Source: Sphagnum compactum
Lineage: Eukaryota
Direction: 5' to 3'
DNA: 64,000 nucleotides
NCBI GenBank assembly: GCA_965153455.1
Contig: OZ234494.1
Coordinates: forward strand, 3,472,001-3,536,000
Shown: in pieces, positions 24,801 to 39,700 of the stretch
Numbering within the stretch: the stretch's first letter is position 1
How the letters are laid out: each line of letters opens with the position of its first letter
The notes under the pieces: model-generated
What the model was told of the DNA's origin: nothing
Seen by the model: the letters and a program-made list of their open reading frames with translations, nothing else
The model's database searches: none
Translations under genes and position numbers: made by a program

Positions 24801-27800
24801 TTGAGTTTAATCAGCCGCCATGTTGAAGGACCCTCAATATGCTCAGTGTCTTCAAGGTTCTCATATCTTGGTAAGTAAGTCCCATCCATCTCCAGTCTTG
24901 ACTCACTCCGCCTGATGCTTAACTGCTGACTCCATCGCAGAGAAACCGATCTGGCTGAATGCCGTCTGATACAATTTCACTCCACAGAAAAATGAGAACT
25001 CATTTCCTGTCAAACTAGATTGCTACACAAAAACAAATTTGGAAACCATTCTTCATATTTTGAGTGTGCTTAGTCCCTTGAACTTGTGCTTGCCTGGAGC
25101 TCCATCAGCACACATTCATGGAGTGTAACACACTCACCAGGCCACTGGGTTCAAGAAATTTTCAAAGTTCTTTGCGAGATGTAAGGAACCCACATATGGG
25201 GGCTGCACAGGTTCTCAGCCCTGTTCACACAGGCTACCACCCTTGTTTGTACCTGTGAAGCCCCTTCCTTTGTCTAGGTGCCTTCTCCTACACATAAAGA
25301 GCTGCCCGATTTTATCTAGTGTATTTTGGGGACACTCGCCCAGCAGAAGATGTCATGGGAACTTCTGAAAAATCTGAAAGGTCGCCACTGGGCTGTTCAC
25401 TGGGCCTTCCAGATTTCAGAAGTTCCTTTTCTGCATTTTTTCCAGACAAAATTGGGTGTTTCTTTATGCATGTGAAGGGTCAAGCTTTAGACCCTTCCGG
25501 ATTTTCAGCTCCTCCATTTGGCCTACTGGCAACATGGTGGGAGCCTCAAATCTGGAGGGGTCTAAAGCTAGACCCTTCTCCTATACTTTTGTCACACATG
25601 CAAACATGGCCAACAAAACTTATCAACTAGTATGTTGCTATTTGTGTTCAAAATTACCCACTTGCTTGACTTGGACACCTGTCTTGAAAGTGATGCACCC
25701 AGCTCTGAGGAAAAGTTGGGCTCTTCAGGCACTGTCACTTGCACATTTGCTTGCAATTTCACAAGTTTCGAATACAAACCACTCTCCCCTCTCTCTGCAG
25801 AACATCCCCAAGGCCAAAAAAATGGGAGAAAAATCCATCCAAGTTGTCAAAGAAACTCTCCAAACTTCAGACAGTTCCTAAACTCCTGAAACACAAACAT
25901 TGCACTTGTACCTACCCCACAGCTGCCGACCATAGATCTCAACCAGAGCAGCAAAAGAACACTACACATGGAATATTCAGAAAACATATGGGTAACAAAG
26001 CAGCTATCCAGAATGTGTCAATTGGGAGAGGATTTCAAGGCTGACCTAGCAGTTCATCATGAGTGCCGGATTCAGCAACCTGCCCATTTTGCATGACAAA
26101 TATTTTATGCACATGTCGGATAGTTGACAGGCGGTGGGCAACCAAAATCGTGGTGCGTCCAACCATTGATTGGTCTAGGGCTTCTTGCACAATTTGCTCA
26201 GACCCAGAGTCAAGAGCACTTGTCGCCTCATCCAAGAGAAGAATTGATGGGTTTTTCAGCATGGCCCGAGCAATCGCCACTCGCTGTTTCTGACCCCCTG
26301 ACAATTGCACACCTCTCTCACCCACCTGTGTCCACACAAATTGTTATAGACTTGTTAAGGACAGAGGATTACCTTTTTTTTTGTTTCTTGGGAATTGAGC
26401 AGTTAGTAGGCTGGAAGGCACAGTGTTGGACTGGATTACACCTACCTTAGTGTTATATGCATCAGGTAGCTTGCTGATGAAATCATGCACGTTTGCTGCT
26501 TTGCAAACCTCATGAATCTCATTTATGGTAGCACCATCCTTGCCATACAATATATTCTCTAGTATGCTTGTTGCAAACAACACTGGCTCCTGATTCACCA
26601 ACCCTATTTGCCCTCGCAACCACTGCAGCTGGAGGCTCTCAAGATTGTGACCATCTAAAAGCACTTCACCTGGAGAAAATGCAAAGAAACACACTGCTTT
26701 AAGCTTCTAAACCAGTTCTCATGTTTGACTAAATGCAAGCAAATAAGTGTGCCATCTCTGCTTGTTCCATTACTTAAAAAGAATACTCCCAACAACCTTG
26801 GTGAAACCCTAATCTCCAAGATGGACAACAGTGGCTGAAAACATGATTCGAAGTCTTTGGAATTCCTTAGTGGATTATGAATCCCTCCCAACCTTCAGCC
26901 AATGGAATATGAATCCTTGAGCCAAAATTTTGCACAGGAATAGCTAGCTCACCAGAAGAAAAATATCCAGACAAATATCAATTACATTGCAAAAATGCTG
27001 GAGCAAGTTGTGCAGACACTATGTCATGAGTGATGTGTACCTGAGGTAGGATCATAAAATCTTTCGATAAGTGATATGACAGTACTCTTTCCCGAGCCAC
27101 TGCTGCCAACGATTGCCACAGACTTCCCAGCTGGGATGGAGAGACAAAGTTTGTCAAACACTCGCGCCTCAGGTCTGGATGGGTATCTAAAAGACACATT
27201 GCAGAACTCAATGTGGCCATTGACTTGAGACAGGACCTTGCCCTTTCTGAAAGAATTGATTTGCTGTTGATCCTGTTTACGGTTTATCATCTCCAGAATG
27301 TTGTATGCTGCTGCTTTCGCTTTTGCAAACATGGGTAAAGTGGGTGTCACTTGACCCAAAGCCCTGGGCACATATGGCAACAGCAAGATTATTTGCCATC
27401 TGATTAGATCCTCTGTCAATCTAATGAACCAATCACAGATTGGTATATACCCAGAACATATCCTCAAGAAAAAAGTCTTGGGATGCAAGGTATAGTGCCT
27501 TTTCATGCACTGCATGGAAAACAGGTTGACAGGAATTGGGAAGAAAAATTCTTACAGGCCACTTATGACAGCGTTGACGACAGTTGTCATGGCTACAGCT
27601 CCATTTGCTGCCCCTTTGATCACTAGTTTGCTAGCATACCAGAACAGAAGTGCCCAGATTCCAACAAGAGCACCATGCATGATCCCCACACTTAAACCCT
27701 TGGCAAATGCTGCTTTCCTCGCAGTTTTCATTGTTCCCTGGAGTGCTCTTTGATACGCAGACATGGCCTTTGACTCACCCACAAAAGAATAGACTGTGCG

Positions 27801-29954
27801 GATGTGTGCAATTGCCTACATGTGACCATAACAAACTCACAACCAACTTAGATGTCAAATCTTCAACACATTCACTGATTAGGTTAGAGGTGCATTCTGT
27901 CTCTATAGTGGGCAAGCACTTATTCAGTGCTGATCAGAACTCAGGCAGCACTAGAATGGACGTTGAACAGTTGCAATGAAATTCTTTACTTGTTGCTACG
28001 CTTTTGATTGTGAACACAAAACCAACATAGATCCAAACAAAGAAACTGACCCTGGGAAAATGGCAACCAGAAATCTGATGTTGATGGAGAATTGTACAAT
28101 GACATTAAGCAGTTTGAATTACTCCATAGAGGAGTGTAGTAGACTATATAACTGACCTCTTCAGCAACAACACCAGCCATCATATATGCTTCTTGGCTCC
28201 GGCTGGCCTGGGTTGTCTTGTATGTGATGTAGATGCCACCCGTAACTGCAATGATGGGCAACATTGAGAGAGTGACCAAGGTGATCTGCCACAGCGCGGA
28301 TAAACTGACACATATTCCTGCTACAAACATCGCCAAGTAGTGCAAAAAGATCCCCATCTGTAATTCGCAACATATGCACGTAACAAACTCAGTGTCATTC
28401 TTATATGTGAATGTGTCTGACTTTTAAAGTCTTCATAATATTGTTCAGATCACAAGGCCTGCGAATCACAGCAGCCTTGTTATATATACTTGGTCAACAA
28501 GAATTCCTTCTGAATTCTCCTTCCAAGGCATGCTTCATTCTAGGACATGAAGAATGGGGAAAAAGATGATTTCCAAGCTCACCCCACCCCATCACACTAA
28601 TGTGATGAAAACTAAGTCTTCAACCCTGACATCAAACCGTACAACAAACGCACTCTGACCCAAAAGAAAGATGAGAATAGTGTCACATGCACCTTTTCAC
28701 CAATTGCCTCTTGTACTACAAGAGTATCATTGGAGATGCGGCTCACAATTTCACCCGTTGATGCATCTTTATCAAAGAAGGCAATGTCTTGTGCAAGCAT
28801 GGCCCTCAAGTACTTGGTTCTAATGCGTGCAGATTGCCTCTCCCCTGTTTGCATCCAGCATGCCACCTCTGTCGAACACACCACAAAATATTCCCGCCAA
28901 AAACCCTACTATCAAAAAACACCTTATGTAGATCATCACTGAGCACATTCAAACAACTAGAACTCAATTGTGAAGATTCCCTGAGGAACATAATGTCACA
29001 AGGATTCCACAAGGAATTTTCTCATGATAATTAAATCCTCAAGATTCCATCAATAAGAATTGGTGAGTACTTGTAAAAGACTCTTTTCTGGTCACAAATG
29101 CATTCTGGTCGAGGAGTAACAACTGCATGAGAGGAGAAGAGTGTGTAATGTGTACCTATCCATGCAGTTCCCAGCGATATGATACCCAAGTAGAAGAAAT
29201 ACAATCCATACTGCACAAATCACAGAATCAGCAGGTAAGCTCATCATCATCATCATCAGCAGCAGCAGCAGAAGGCCTGAGAATCATCATCTTTCCACAG
29301 AAGATAGGTACACATGAGAAGGAAAAGTTAGGTCAAGATTCATGCATGACAAGCTTTCCGTCCATGCATGTCCTGCCGCCTTCTTCTCCAGAGAGTTTGC
29401 CGATGGTCTTGACACATTTGTGACACATTTGCCGATGAGAGATGAAAGCAGATGGATGGGTGAGAGTGCTTTCTTCTTTATACCTTGGCCACTTCTTCGC
29501 TCTGCTTTGGAATATTGAAGAAGTTAGAGGCCACTTCGTTGATGAGCTTGGAGAAGAAGATGAAGAACACGGGGAACGATGTGCCGTGCGCAAATGCCGC
29601 CAGCGTTCCGAGAATCATCAGTGCGTAGTCCAGTGGCGCCGCAAACGAGAAAAGCTTGTAGAAAGGGACTGTTCCCTTTGTCTTGTTTTTGGGCGACACA
29701 GTCTGTTGGTGGAGCGGACCTGAGCTCGGAAGTTTAGCATCTGCTGCTGCTGCTGCTGCTCCTCCTCCGCCCACAAGTACCGACTCTGCATGAGATTCCA
29801 GGAGTTCTAAAGAGCCTACAAGGCCGCGTTGCAAGGGGGTGGTCCCGTCGACAAGAGAGCCCATAACATCTGTTGTTTCCTTGGATATTACACTCTCATC
29901 ATGTGCGGAGTCGACTTCCACACTGCTCCTGTACATCATGCGTCGAGACTCCAT
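21810..29954 (-). CDS. ABCB: Full-size ABC transporter subfamily B (P-glycoprotein/MDR), TMD-NBD-TMD-NBD
   Basis: The 15 exons are 29954-29484, 29210-29156, 28868-28693, 28357-28157, 27815-27556, 27363-27041, 26669-26446, 26325-26046, 25794-25662, 24965-24538, 24387-24146, 23629-23234, 23022-22809, 22663-22195 and 21948-21810. All junctions are GT-AG and in phase. Both NBDs have Walker A ([16 protein letters not shown]), Q-loop, LSGGQ signature, [11 protein letters not shown] and AHRL motifs. WMQTGERQ is typical of plant ABCB. Confidence 0.97.
25474..25578. other. Fold-back hairpin of about 105 nt in ABCB intron 9
   Basis: The left arm gaagggtcaagctttagacccttccggattttcagctcctccatttggcc pairs with the right arm (reverse complement gaagggtctagctttagacccctccagatttgaggctcccaccatgttgcc) across a 4-nt loop. 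Confidence 0.8.
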
Positions 29955-31554
29955 CTCCTTGAGAGAACTTGGAAAGGCAGGCACTCACATACACTGCAGA
30001 GCTGGTGACAGTGGTTGCCACCCACTGTAGAAGAGTTCTGAAGTCGCACAATATATAGTTATACAGGCTGCTTGCTAGTTACTACACGAACATCGAAGGC
30101 AGCTCAGCTGCTGCTGGTGCTGCTGCAGAAGAAGAAGAAGAGCTCATGAGCCTCAAGCCTCCAAGGCAGCTCATGAGCTGCTCCCATTTCGCAGCTTCAG
30201 AATGAGTACTACACAGCCAGTTCTTTCTTGAGCAGTTCCTTCTGTGCACCTGGGTGCACTTGCACCTAGAAGCTTCCAAGTAGCCATTCCCTCAACGAGC
30301 CGAAAACTCTGCGAGTCCACAAAGTGCAGTCTATGAGAACCCAAGAATTGGCAACCGCATTATTAAGCTGAAATCCTGATTCTCGGAAGCTGAAACCATC
30401 TTCGGAAGATTTGCCACAGGAAAATAAATGGGTTTTTGCATACTAGATCCAGCTAGCAGCAGCAGGAGGTCAACAACCTTCTAGACTCTCACAGCCTCTT
30501 CCCTCCGAGACTGCACCTAGTGCTACACCGATAACGTGCAGAGCTCTGCCATCTATCTCATCATTCTTTCACACAACACGTGCGTGCTTCATCATCAAAG
30601 ATTTGAGCTCACTTTCAAAAATTAACAAAACTCCTGTATATTATTAGTCGACAAAAGTTTTCAAGTACAAGTATACGGTACACAAGTTTTTGCAATCCTT
30701 TTGTTGGGTCTCTCACGATTCCAACAACTTGATCTGACAAGTAAGTAACCCACCATTTCAACTACAACAAACAAACAAACAAACTCCCTCTTTGAAGAGT
30801 TTGACAAAAATGTCAACTGCACCCACTACAGTACACAATTTTTGCAATCCCCTTTCTTTATTACACCTCTCACGATTCAAGCTTCATATATGAAAAGTTC
30901 CCACCAAAAAAACCAACTACAATGAGAAATCATAATAACAATAATAAAAAACTCTGCAAATCATCATCACCCGCCGCGTTGAGTCAGCAACAAATTTTAT
31001 AGAGGGATCTTGGAGAGACTAGTGTGAACTTATTTATCATCATCACAAGTGTTCAGATCTCAACGAGTGTCTGTCTCCCTGGAAGAATCCAGTTATTGAA
31101 GGGGGATTGAAAAATGATGATGGCCTACCATGTACTCTTCTCACAATTACAGCAAAGTTCTTATTAGGTGAAGAAGTTATGACAGCTGCTGATGCTGTTG
31201 CTGCTGCTGCATGACTAGTGGACTAGGGGGGGTATTTTACTACTGTGTGTATTTTACAAAGTTTTTTTGGTAGTTTATGATCGTCGTCGCTCAGCGGCTA
31301 TGAAATCATGAACAACTGTTGTTGTTGTTGTTGTCACTTATTAGGCTTCCTTCTTTAATGGTGTGATCCTGGACTTGGGTAGACTTGTTGAAGCAGCTAA
31401 CGCGTGGATGGTCCGCTCATAAATGCAACACGAGACTGGAGCTTCAGAGCTGGCACGAGTTTGTTTGTTTCTTGCACCAACAGTGAACACCATTTGCCGT
31501 CGTCGTCGTCGTCGTCGTCCTCATCATCATCATCATCATCATCAGGACTAAGGC

Positions 31555-31935
31555 GGAGAAGCGGTACCAGACCCGAGTGTTCCGGGTATCATAGACGGGC
31601 ACAACCCCCCCCCCTCCGGGTATCAGCCCGGACCATCTCGGCCTCGTCGTCGCGACTGAAGAGGAGAAGGGGTACCAGACCCGGAGTGTTCCGGGTATCA
31701 AAAATGGGCACCAACCCCGCCGGTTATGAGTCCGGGCAATCTCCGCGTGCAGCATCGGGACCGAAGGGAGAAGAAGGGGTGCCAGACCAGAGTGTTCCGG
31801 GTATCATAAACGGCACCAAACACCGCCGGGTGTCGAAGTGGACAACCTTGACATCGTCGTCGTCGGGACCGAAGGGGTACCAGACACGAGCGTTCCGGGT
31901 ATCAGAAATGGGCACCAGACCCCGCCGGTTATCAA
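31555..31935. repeat. GC-rich degenerate tandem repeat, probably a transposon subterminal array
   Basis: Four units with ggtaccagac...gtgttccgggtatca...gggcacca..cccgccgg. Confidence 0.7.
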
Positions 31936-32133
31936 CGTGGACATGCTTGATTGTCAAAACACATCAAATATCCGTTTTTCATATATATATAACCGGCCAT
32001 AGTGACCCAGCACCCGCCAGTGCACCGTCCACTGGATGCACGTTATCACTCAGTTGTGGATGAATGAACCCTCAACTGAGTTAATATTTGGTTTCCACTT
32101 CCGTAAACCAATTTTGTAAAAAAAAAAAAAAAG

Positions 32134-32232
32134 AGGTCTCATCTATAGGTAGATAGGTAGGAAGATAGGTCTCATCTATAGGTAGATAGGTAGGAAGATA
32201 GGTCTCATCTATAGGTAGATAGGTAGGAAAAT
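32134..32232. repeat. 33-bp tandem repeat x3
   Basis: aggtctcatctataggtagataggtaggaagat at 32134, 32167 and 32200. Confidence 0.95.
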
Positions 32233-33267
32233 AGGCAACTAACTACTAGGTAAATAGATGGTTTATAGTAAGTGAGTAAATAGATAGGTTGTTAAAAAAA
32301 AAGCAACTGAGCGAACCACCATGGTTAATAATTAACTAGGGAACTGGAACCCAACGGAAAACTGTTTCCCGATCACTTACCATCCATCCATCCTTCACGG
32401 GTGCGCCGATGGGTGCTGGTTCCATGTGGCCTAGTTATAACCGTGGTTGTCAAAAAAAAATCAAAACCCTCCATCATTGTATTTAACCTTGGATTCCCCA
32501 AAATCCCCCCCCCCAAACCACTTTCCAAAGAACCGGAACCGCCGGGTATCATTAAAGCGCCCGAGTGCCCGCCCGCCCTGCCCGGTTGGACCCAATACGA
32601 TAAGTCCCTGTCACAATAGGTGAACCGGTTTCTTTGGTGAAAGTGTTCAGACTGTTTAGATTGGAACGGATTTTTTTGGGTGTTCAGAGTGTGAACACGG
32701 TAGGTAGATGTACACGTATCCTCCATGTGCTGCTTGCTTGCTGGACGGTGCATAAATAATCACCATTATTACATATATTTAAAAAAAAGTAAAAACACAA
32801 AAACTATAAAAAAGGAATGGAAACAAATTAAACAAGGAAAGGGAAATACAGTAAAATCATTTTAAAAGAAAAAAATTACAAAAACGAAGAAACCAAATAA
32901 AGAGTAGAAAATAAGAAAAAATAAAACTCATAATAATGAAGAAAAACCCTACTTGAAAAAGAATGAGGTGTGTCTTCTTTCTCCAAACTTCAAACTTGCA
33001 TCCAAATAAACAAAAATACAAAAGGAAAAAAGAAACACTTTATTTTTATTATACAAAATAATAATAAAAACAGGAAACACATAAAAATATTAAATATAAA
33101 AGATAAAAGTTTTTTAAAAAAACTAAAACATGAACCAAACATTGTTGAAATAACACACCTGTGCATTAGGCACGGGGTTCAAACTAGTCTTATTTATTGG
33201 CAGGGCCAGCGTGTTTGTGATGCCTTGTTTTGTTCGAACTTGGTACCTTTTGTTTTTTGCTCGCATT

Positions 33268-33545
33268 TGTGAAAAACTTTCTAGGTTGTTTTTTTTTGCC
33301 ATTTAAATTTTGTCTTGTGAAAATCTTTCTAGGTTTTTTCTGCCGTTTAAAATTTCATTGTGAAAATTTTCTAGGTTGTTTTTTTGCCCTTTAAATTTTT
33401 CTTGTGAAAATTTTCTAGGCTTTTTTTTTTTTTTTGCCGTTTAAAATTTTATTGTGAGAATTTTCTAGGTCGTTTTTTGCCGTTTAAAAAAATTTCTTGT
33501 GAAAATTTTTTAAGGTTGTTTTTTGCCCTTTAAAATTTTCATGTG
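33268..33545. repeat. Tandem repeat of about 42-50 bp x6
   Basis: ttgtgaaaattttctaggttg(t)ngccgtttaaaattt repeated with variable T-runs. Confidence 0.9.
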
Positions 33546-33604
33546 GATGGATCCACGGCAGCCTCTTTTTATTTTGGTGTAAATTTTTGCACACTATGAG
33601 CAAC

Positions 33605-34243
33605 CAGTGTTTTTTTAAAAGGTTTTTTCTTGTTTGTAGCCAAAATGACGAGCATCCATAGGAAGATGTAGAAACCGTGGCAATTGTCCCTTTAGGAATA
33701 TTTAGCCAAATCTGGCTGTAAATAAACCAGATATGAAATACAACCTTTTTAATCTTCCTTTTATATTGTTGGCTACACACTGAAAACCAATTATAGAAAT
33801 CTGACAATTTTGCAATAATTTTTTTCCCCTCACTTCTGGCGATTGAAAACCTCCAAAATCATTTAAATTTGAAATTTATAATTTTAATTTCTCCTTTTTG
33901 GCGAAATATCACCATTCTTCAAGTTTTCAAATTGCCATATTTAGAGATTAGTTCATAGCAATGTTTTTTTTTTTTTTTTCAATTTTGTGATGTTGCTCAA
34001 GTGATGATCATCCATGAGTATATATTTAGCCAAATTTGACTATATTCCAAATATGAAAGTAAAAAAAATTCTAAAGCACTCTTTCATATTGTAAGAAGCA
34101 ATTGTGAAAACATTTGATGATTTTTTTAATAAAAATTCCATGATTTACTTTTTAAACAAAGAATAATTTGTGAAATAATATTCTTTTCTTCAAAATATTT
34201 TTTGCAAAATAATTAAAATATGCCATTTTTAAAAAATCACTGA
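33605..34243. mobile_element. Two adjacent copies of a dispersed MITE-like repeat family
   Basis: The shared core catccata(g/a)ga...ttagccaaat(c/t)tg(g/a)ct...aaatatgaaa...tatattgttggcta occurs at about 33650-33780 and 34005-34095. Related cores occur at about 14380-14460 and 35025-35060. Ends look like cagtgttttt / aaaaaatcactg. Confidence 0.55.
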
Positions 34244-34608
34244 TTCCATAAATCAATCAATTTATTTCAATAAGGTTTCTTTACTTTTGCTACTTACCTC
34301 TCTCACCTGTAGCAAAGCTGTAATAAATAACTTCACCCACATGTGGGTAAATTTGGAAACTAATTATATTATTTTCAAAAATAAATAAAAAATATTAAAA
34401 AAATATTTTGTTTTGAAAAGAAAAATATTAAAAAATTTATTTTGTTTCAAAAAGATTTTTTTTTTTCCCCCCTTTGGAAGGAGATTTATGGAATAACTCT
34501 AAAACCCTAAACCTCAAAGCTATATCTCTAAACCCTATTCACCCTAAACCCATTTCTAAAAGCTATATATACATTGTTACCTTAACCTTCTTGACAAAGG
34601 CCTCTTAA

Positions 34609-34830
34609 AGGTGCATTCACACTTGGTGTTAGGGACCCTAAAGTTGAGTCCCCTAACACCATGCTACCCATTTAGGACTTAAACCTAGTTACCATGAAAA
34701 TTTTGTGTTAAGCTAACATTCACTTTAACATTTAAGCCATGGCCCAACATTCACAATTGGGTGCCATGTAGGATGCCACCTAGATTTTTTCTTTAAAACA
34801 ACGGACATAACAATAAGTGTGAATGCACCA
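34609..34830. mobile_element. PIF/Harbinger (Tourist-like) MITE, 222 bp
   Basis: TIRs aggtgcattcacacttggtgtta and taacaataagtgtgaatgcacca, flanked by taa and tta. Confidence 0.8.
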
Positions 34831-36689
34831 TTAGAACTAAAAGACTTTTGCGGAGGACATGCTAAATTTGGACTCAAAAACCCTGATCTAGTGTAAGGTA
34901 AAAAGCTCCTCATGGGGCAGGGGTTTTAGGTTTTAGGGTTTTAGGGTTTTTGCTTGTTATATATTCTTTCCTTTTTTTTCTTTCTTCTTGAAATTTTTGT
35001 AATTGAGTTCAGGTGGAAATGTCATCCATAAGACCCTTAGAGCAATTATGGTTACAAACAATTAAAATGAATTGTTTTTTAAACCAAAAAAAAAAATCAT
35101 CCTTCTATAATTTGTACTACTCCTCCTGGGGACTTAATAAAAGAATCTGACTTTTTTTTTTTTTTTTCCCAATGAAATCTAGCAACTACAAATCCTGAAA
35201 AAAATCACAACTGTGATTATATATCAAAACCCAAGTATTTGAAAAAAAAAAAATTTAGAATCATGACGTAAACCATTAAACCCTACACAATGTAAAACCA
35301 ACTAAACCTTACTCGACATAAACCACTAAACCCTACATGTAAAAAAGCTAGCTTTCGAAGAAATTCTTAGTGTAGTTGTTGGAGGAGGAGTGCTTACAAT
35401 GCATAAGATCCCACGGGGCATTTTCGAAAACCCTAAACCCTAAAACCTAAAACCCTAAGAGTGGGCGTTTCATTTTTGGTACAAGAGTTTTTACATGTAA
35501 GAATGCAAAGTGTAGGTCACTAGAATGACATGAGATCATAATATCTTTCATTTGAAAGCTTTTTTTGCCAATTTGAATGATTTGGTGATGTTCAAATCCC
35601 ACAAAATAAAAAATGGTGAGCCTGCCGGATTCACAAATGTAAACCCTAAACCCTAAACCTAACTAAGTAACTACTCTCGATTATCTCATGCATCCAAAGG
35701 AACTAAGTAACTTTGATGTAAAAAATCACACATGTGTATGCCCAACTCAATATGGTATTTTATACCAAACCAACCTTATGTAACTAACATGTATTTTTGA
35801 TTAATTTAGGACTTTTTATAAAAAGGTTCCAAAATAGCAATAAAATAAACATTTTCAAAAGGTTAACATTTCGTGTTCATGTTATGATCAAGTGGACACA
35901 AGATTCATAATTTTTCATGTAGGCCCAATCATTCATTGGAATGAATGATATTATTTTATGTAGAGATATTCCATAAAAAAAAGAAGACATAAAGAAAATC
36001 ATGGTGATTTAAATATCCAAAAAGAGAGAGAAATTTTACATGGCACATTCATCATGATGAGGGAGGAAGAATGAAGTGAAGTGTAAGGATGGAGATCACA
36101 CTAACTTAACTTGGTGGGAGCTCTATTCACATTGCACATTTATAATCATTAGAAATGGATAGGAAAAAAATGAATTTAAATCTTCTTTTTTTTTTTAAAA
36201 ATGGACTTGGACATGGCCACTAGTTACAGATGTATGAAATGTCATTCAATATCCATAATGAGAAGGGTTAAAAAATAATAATAATAATTTAAAAATTATT
36301 TATATATATATAATGGGAAAATAGGGACTTAGTGCCATTCAAAATAAATTAGAATGTAAAAAGTAATGGAAATGGAAAAAACATAGACCTGGTGACCACC
36401 AGGATTACATTGCAGGAACCATTTTGAGGATTTTTCAAGACCATGTATAAAAAGAAATTACAACATTTAAATCAATTCATCAAGCTTTTTTAAAAAAAAA
36501 TCAAATATGTTAATTGAGAGGAAAAATAATGTTCCTACCCAAAAAATAAAATAAAATAAAAAAGGTAAACACTAAACGCCTAAATTTTAAGTAAAATATT
36601 TTGAATACAACTTGTAGATATTCTACCATTTTCTATGTTTTCTTACCCAAAATTCTTCCATCAAGACCTCCATAATCTCTGAATGCATC

Positions 36690-36730
<41 letters not shown>

Positions 36731-39700
36731 AAAAACTAAAAAAAACAAACAAACACTTTAAGCTTGAAAAGACTTAGTGTGCAAACATAAAACATTATTT
36801 TAGAAAAGGAAAAAACAATTGGGTGAAAGTGAAGGAAGTAGTCCACGAAAGTACATATGTTTGTTCAATCTCCATTATCAATCTCTCTATATATTGCACG
36901 AACCAAGAACAATTTCAATCTCAATAATGTAAATGGTGAACAATTATTGAATATTTTAGAATTATTGAATAAAAGGTCTTTGATAGTCAAAGCCAATGGT
37001 AGATGCCTTGACAATTATTTATTCATTTAAATAATTATATTCACTTAAATAATAAAAATATTAAAATAATACTATGTTAAATTTGATAATATTTTAATAA
37101 TTACATATTAAATATATTTTCATGATCCAATTACAAACACCATATTTTACATTTAAGATGAACAACTTCTTGCCTATTCCAAAAGAGTGTCACAAAGGTG
37201 GTGGGGGAACCTCTACTTGTGAAGGTCCACCTAAAAAACCTATGCAAAGGCATAGGATGTCAATACCTCAAACCCAATAAAGAAAAATAGTCCAACCACA
37301 TGAACACATTCCATCAACTAAATTAATGTATCTTTCTTCCAAAGGAAACAAACCAAGAGAAGAAAATTAAGCATAAATATTTTTTATTTCTTAAACTTGA
37401 TTCTAATTTTTTTAGAGTAATTGGTAGTTGTTGTTACATGGTTCAAATAACCTCCTAAACCCTAAACCCTATACTTAGGATCATCCAAACTAGCATTTTG
37501 AATTCTAATTCCAAATGGACTAAATTTTACGAATTTGAAAACAATCAATATGGATGAATGAAGGCTTTTTAGATAAAACAAAATATTTTGTAGCCAAGCA
37601 ATTATCTTCAAAATTAGATAATTAATTAAAGGAAACCCACATTAAAAGAAAGGTTATGCATGGTTTTATAAGGGGTATCATCTACCAATAGTGTGTTACC
37701 AATGTGGGTACCTAGACTTTTTTTTTCAAAACATTTTAATTCTTTTTGTGAAAAATAGGTTTTTTCGAGTTATTTTTCGAAAGAACAATCATTCTCTCTA
37801 CAAAATTATGCACTAATCACATTTTTTGGATGAAAAGTAGTTTGCACTTGTAAATCTATTTTTTTTCAAGTAGTTTTCAGTGTTATAATGCCTCACAAAA
37901 GATCAAATATATACACAAAATTATTATTTACACCCTATGAAGAATTCCCAAACACACAAGAAGAAAATGAATAAGCTAGGGTCTTTGATTATGTGCTACA
38001 TACCCAACTTTTTGTTGAAATTCCGTTTTCACAAGAACACCATTCATGCCAAAATCACATAAAGGCACACCTTAGAACCTTTGGAATCTATAGATGAAAA
38101 ATCTCCCTTACCATAGAATTTGAGATTTGAACATTGAAAGTTGTGGTATTCTTTATTAATTCCAAACATTTGTTTCTTCCTATTACCTTATGAATGGTAG
38201 AGGTTTAACAAGGCAAGGATGAAGACAATTGATTAATTAGGTAGGATGAAGACATTTGATTAGTTGGATAAGATTAAGGCATTTGGTCAATTTGATTTTC
38301 AAATTATTTTTGGTGGGAAAAGATTTAGGCTGTAGTTTTGGAATTTGATGAAGGTTAAAAGATTGTTTTTTATTTACACACAGAGTTAGACTTAGAGAGT
38401 TGTTGGAGATAGAATAGAAACATAATATAAAAATTTAAAGTTTTATTGGACTCTGAACCACAAATTTTCCGTGTTTTTCATTTCTCATTTCTACACTTTT
38501 CATTATAAATCTTTTATATGTCCAATTCTGAGTAAAAAAAACAATAGAAAATTGCTGAAGAAATAGTGAATATACTCTTGAATTATTGTGTTTTTTTAAT
38601 GAACAACTAAACCTTGATCATAGATTTTGCTTATCCAAGATAATTAAAAATTTGGGAAATAATGGAACAATAATTGTAATAAGAAAAATGTGTGAATATA
38701 GTTTACAAATGATTTGAATGAATTGAAACAACAGATTGTAGGTGTTCAAAGTATTATTCAAAGTATAATTTGTATTGTTTCTAAGTAGGCAAAAAACAAT
38801 TCTAATTTAAAATATGTGCCTACCACTCACATGGTCTCCTACATAGATATCAATGCAAATTGTAATTCATGAAAAGAAAAAAATTAATTCAATTTTAAAA
38901 GAATGTATTTAGTAGAAACATTATGTTTTAAGTGCATAATGCATTCAATTAAACCCATCTCCATGTTATAAAATGTAAAATTGATACATAGAAAAAAGAC
39001 AAAATTATCAACATCTTTATTCAAAAACTTTGAAAGCATTTCATATATTAAGGATAAAAACATCAATGTGAAGTGATGACACTAAAGAAAAAAGATTAAA
39101 TAAGGAAATTTTGGAAGGGGTGTCATCATTATTTGTTTTTATTAAACCTTTGGTTTACAATATTATAATAGTCCATTTGGACTTGCATATTCCCTCCTTG
39201 ATCAAGACAATGGATGTATAGTCTTCATTCACAAAATGGATGCAAATTCTATGGGGCAATTGACAATTGTGCCAAAAGAAGTTCTAGTTTTGAATTGAAG
39301 AAGAAATTTTATTACATCAATTCCATTCCATTGCACATAAAAATGGGGAAAATGAGAATTTAACCTCCATGATCATACCATGTTTGATGCATGAACTTCA
39401 ACTTGTTTCATTTTTTCTAAGCATTTCAATCTAACATGTTACTTTTATAGACTTTGATGTTCAATCTTTTTATCTATGCCAAGCAAACATCAAAGTTCAA
39501 GATCTTTGATATGGGCAAGCAAGTTGATTTGCTAGTAGACCTATATGAGATTAATGTGATCTATAATAGCCTCAAAGATGATATTCTTCTAAAGCAATCC
39601 CCATTTCAAACATGGAAAGGGGCATCGGATAAAAGTCATGCTTTTGTGTAGATCATCCTTGAGTTTTGTTCACCACCTAAATTATGTGTTCTTGATTTTA

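Noticed and set aside
31404..32063. 219-aa ORF
   Set aside because: It is made of microsatellites and a GC-rich degenerate repeat, starts with GTG, and has no recognisable domain.
37980..39700. Further transposase relics (for example SCENGISTKSWV on the minus strand at about 38000-38040)
   Set aside because: Too degraded to assign without a search.
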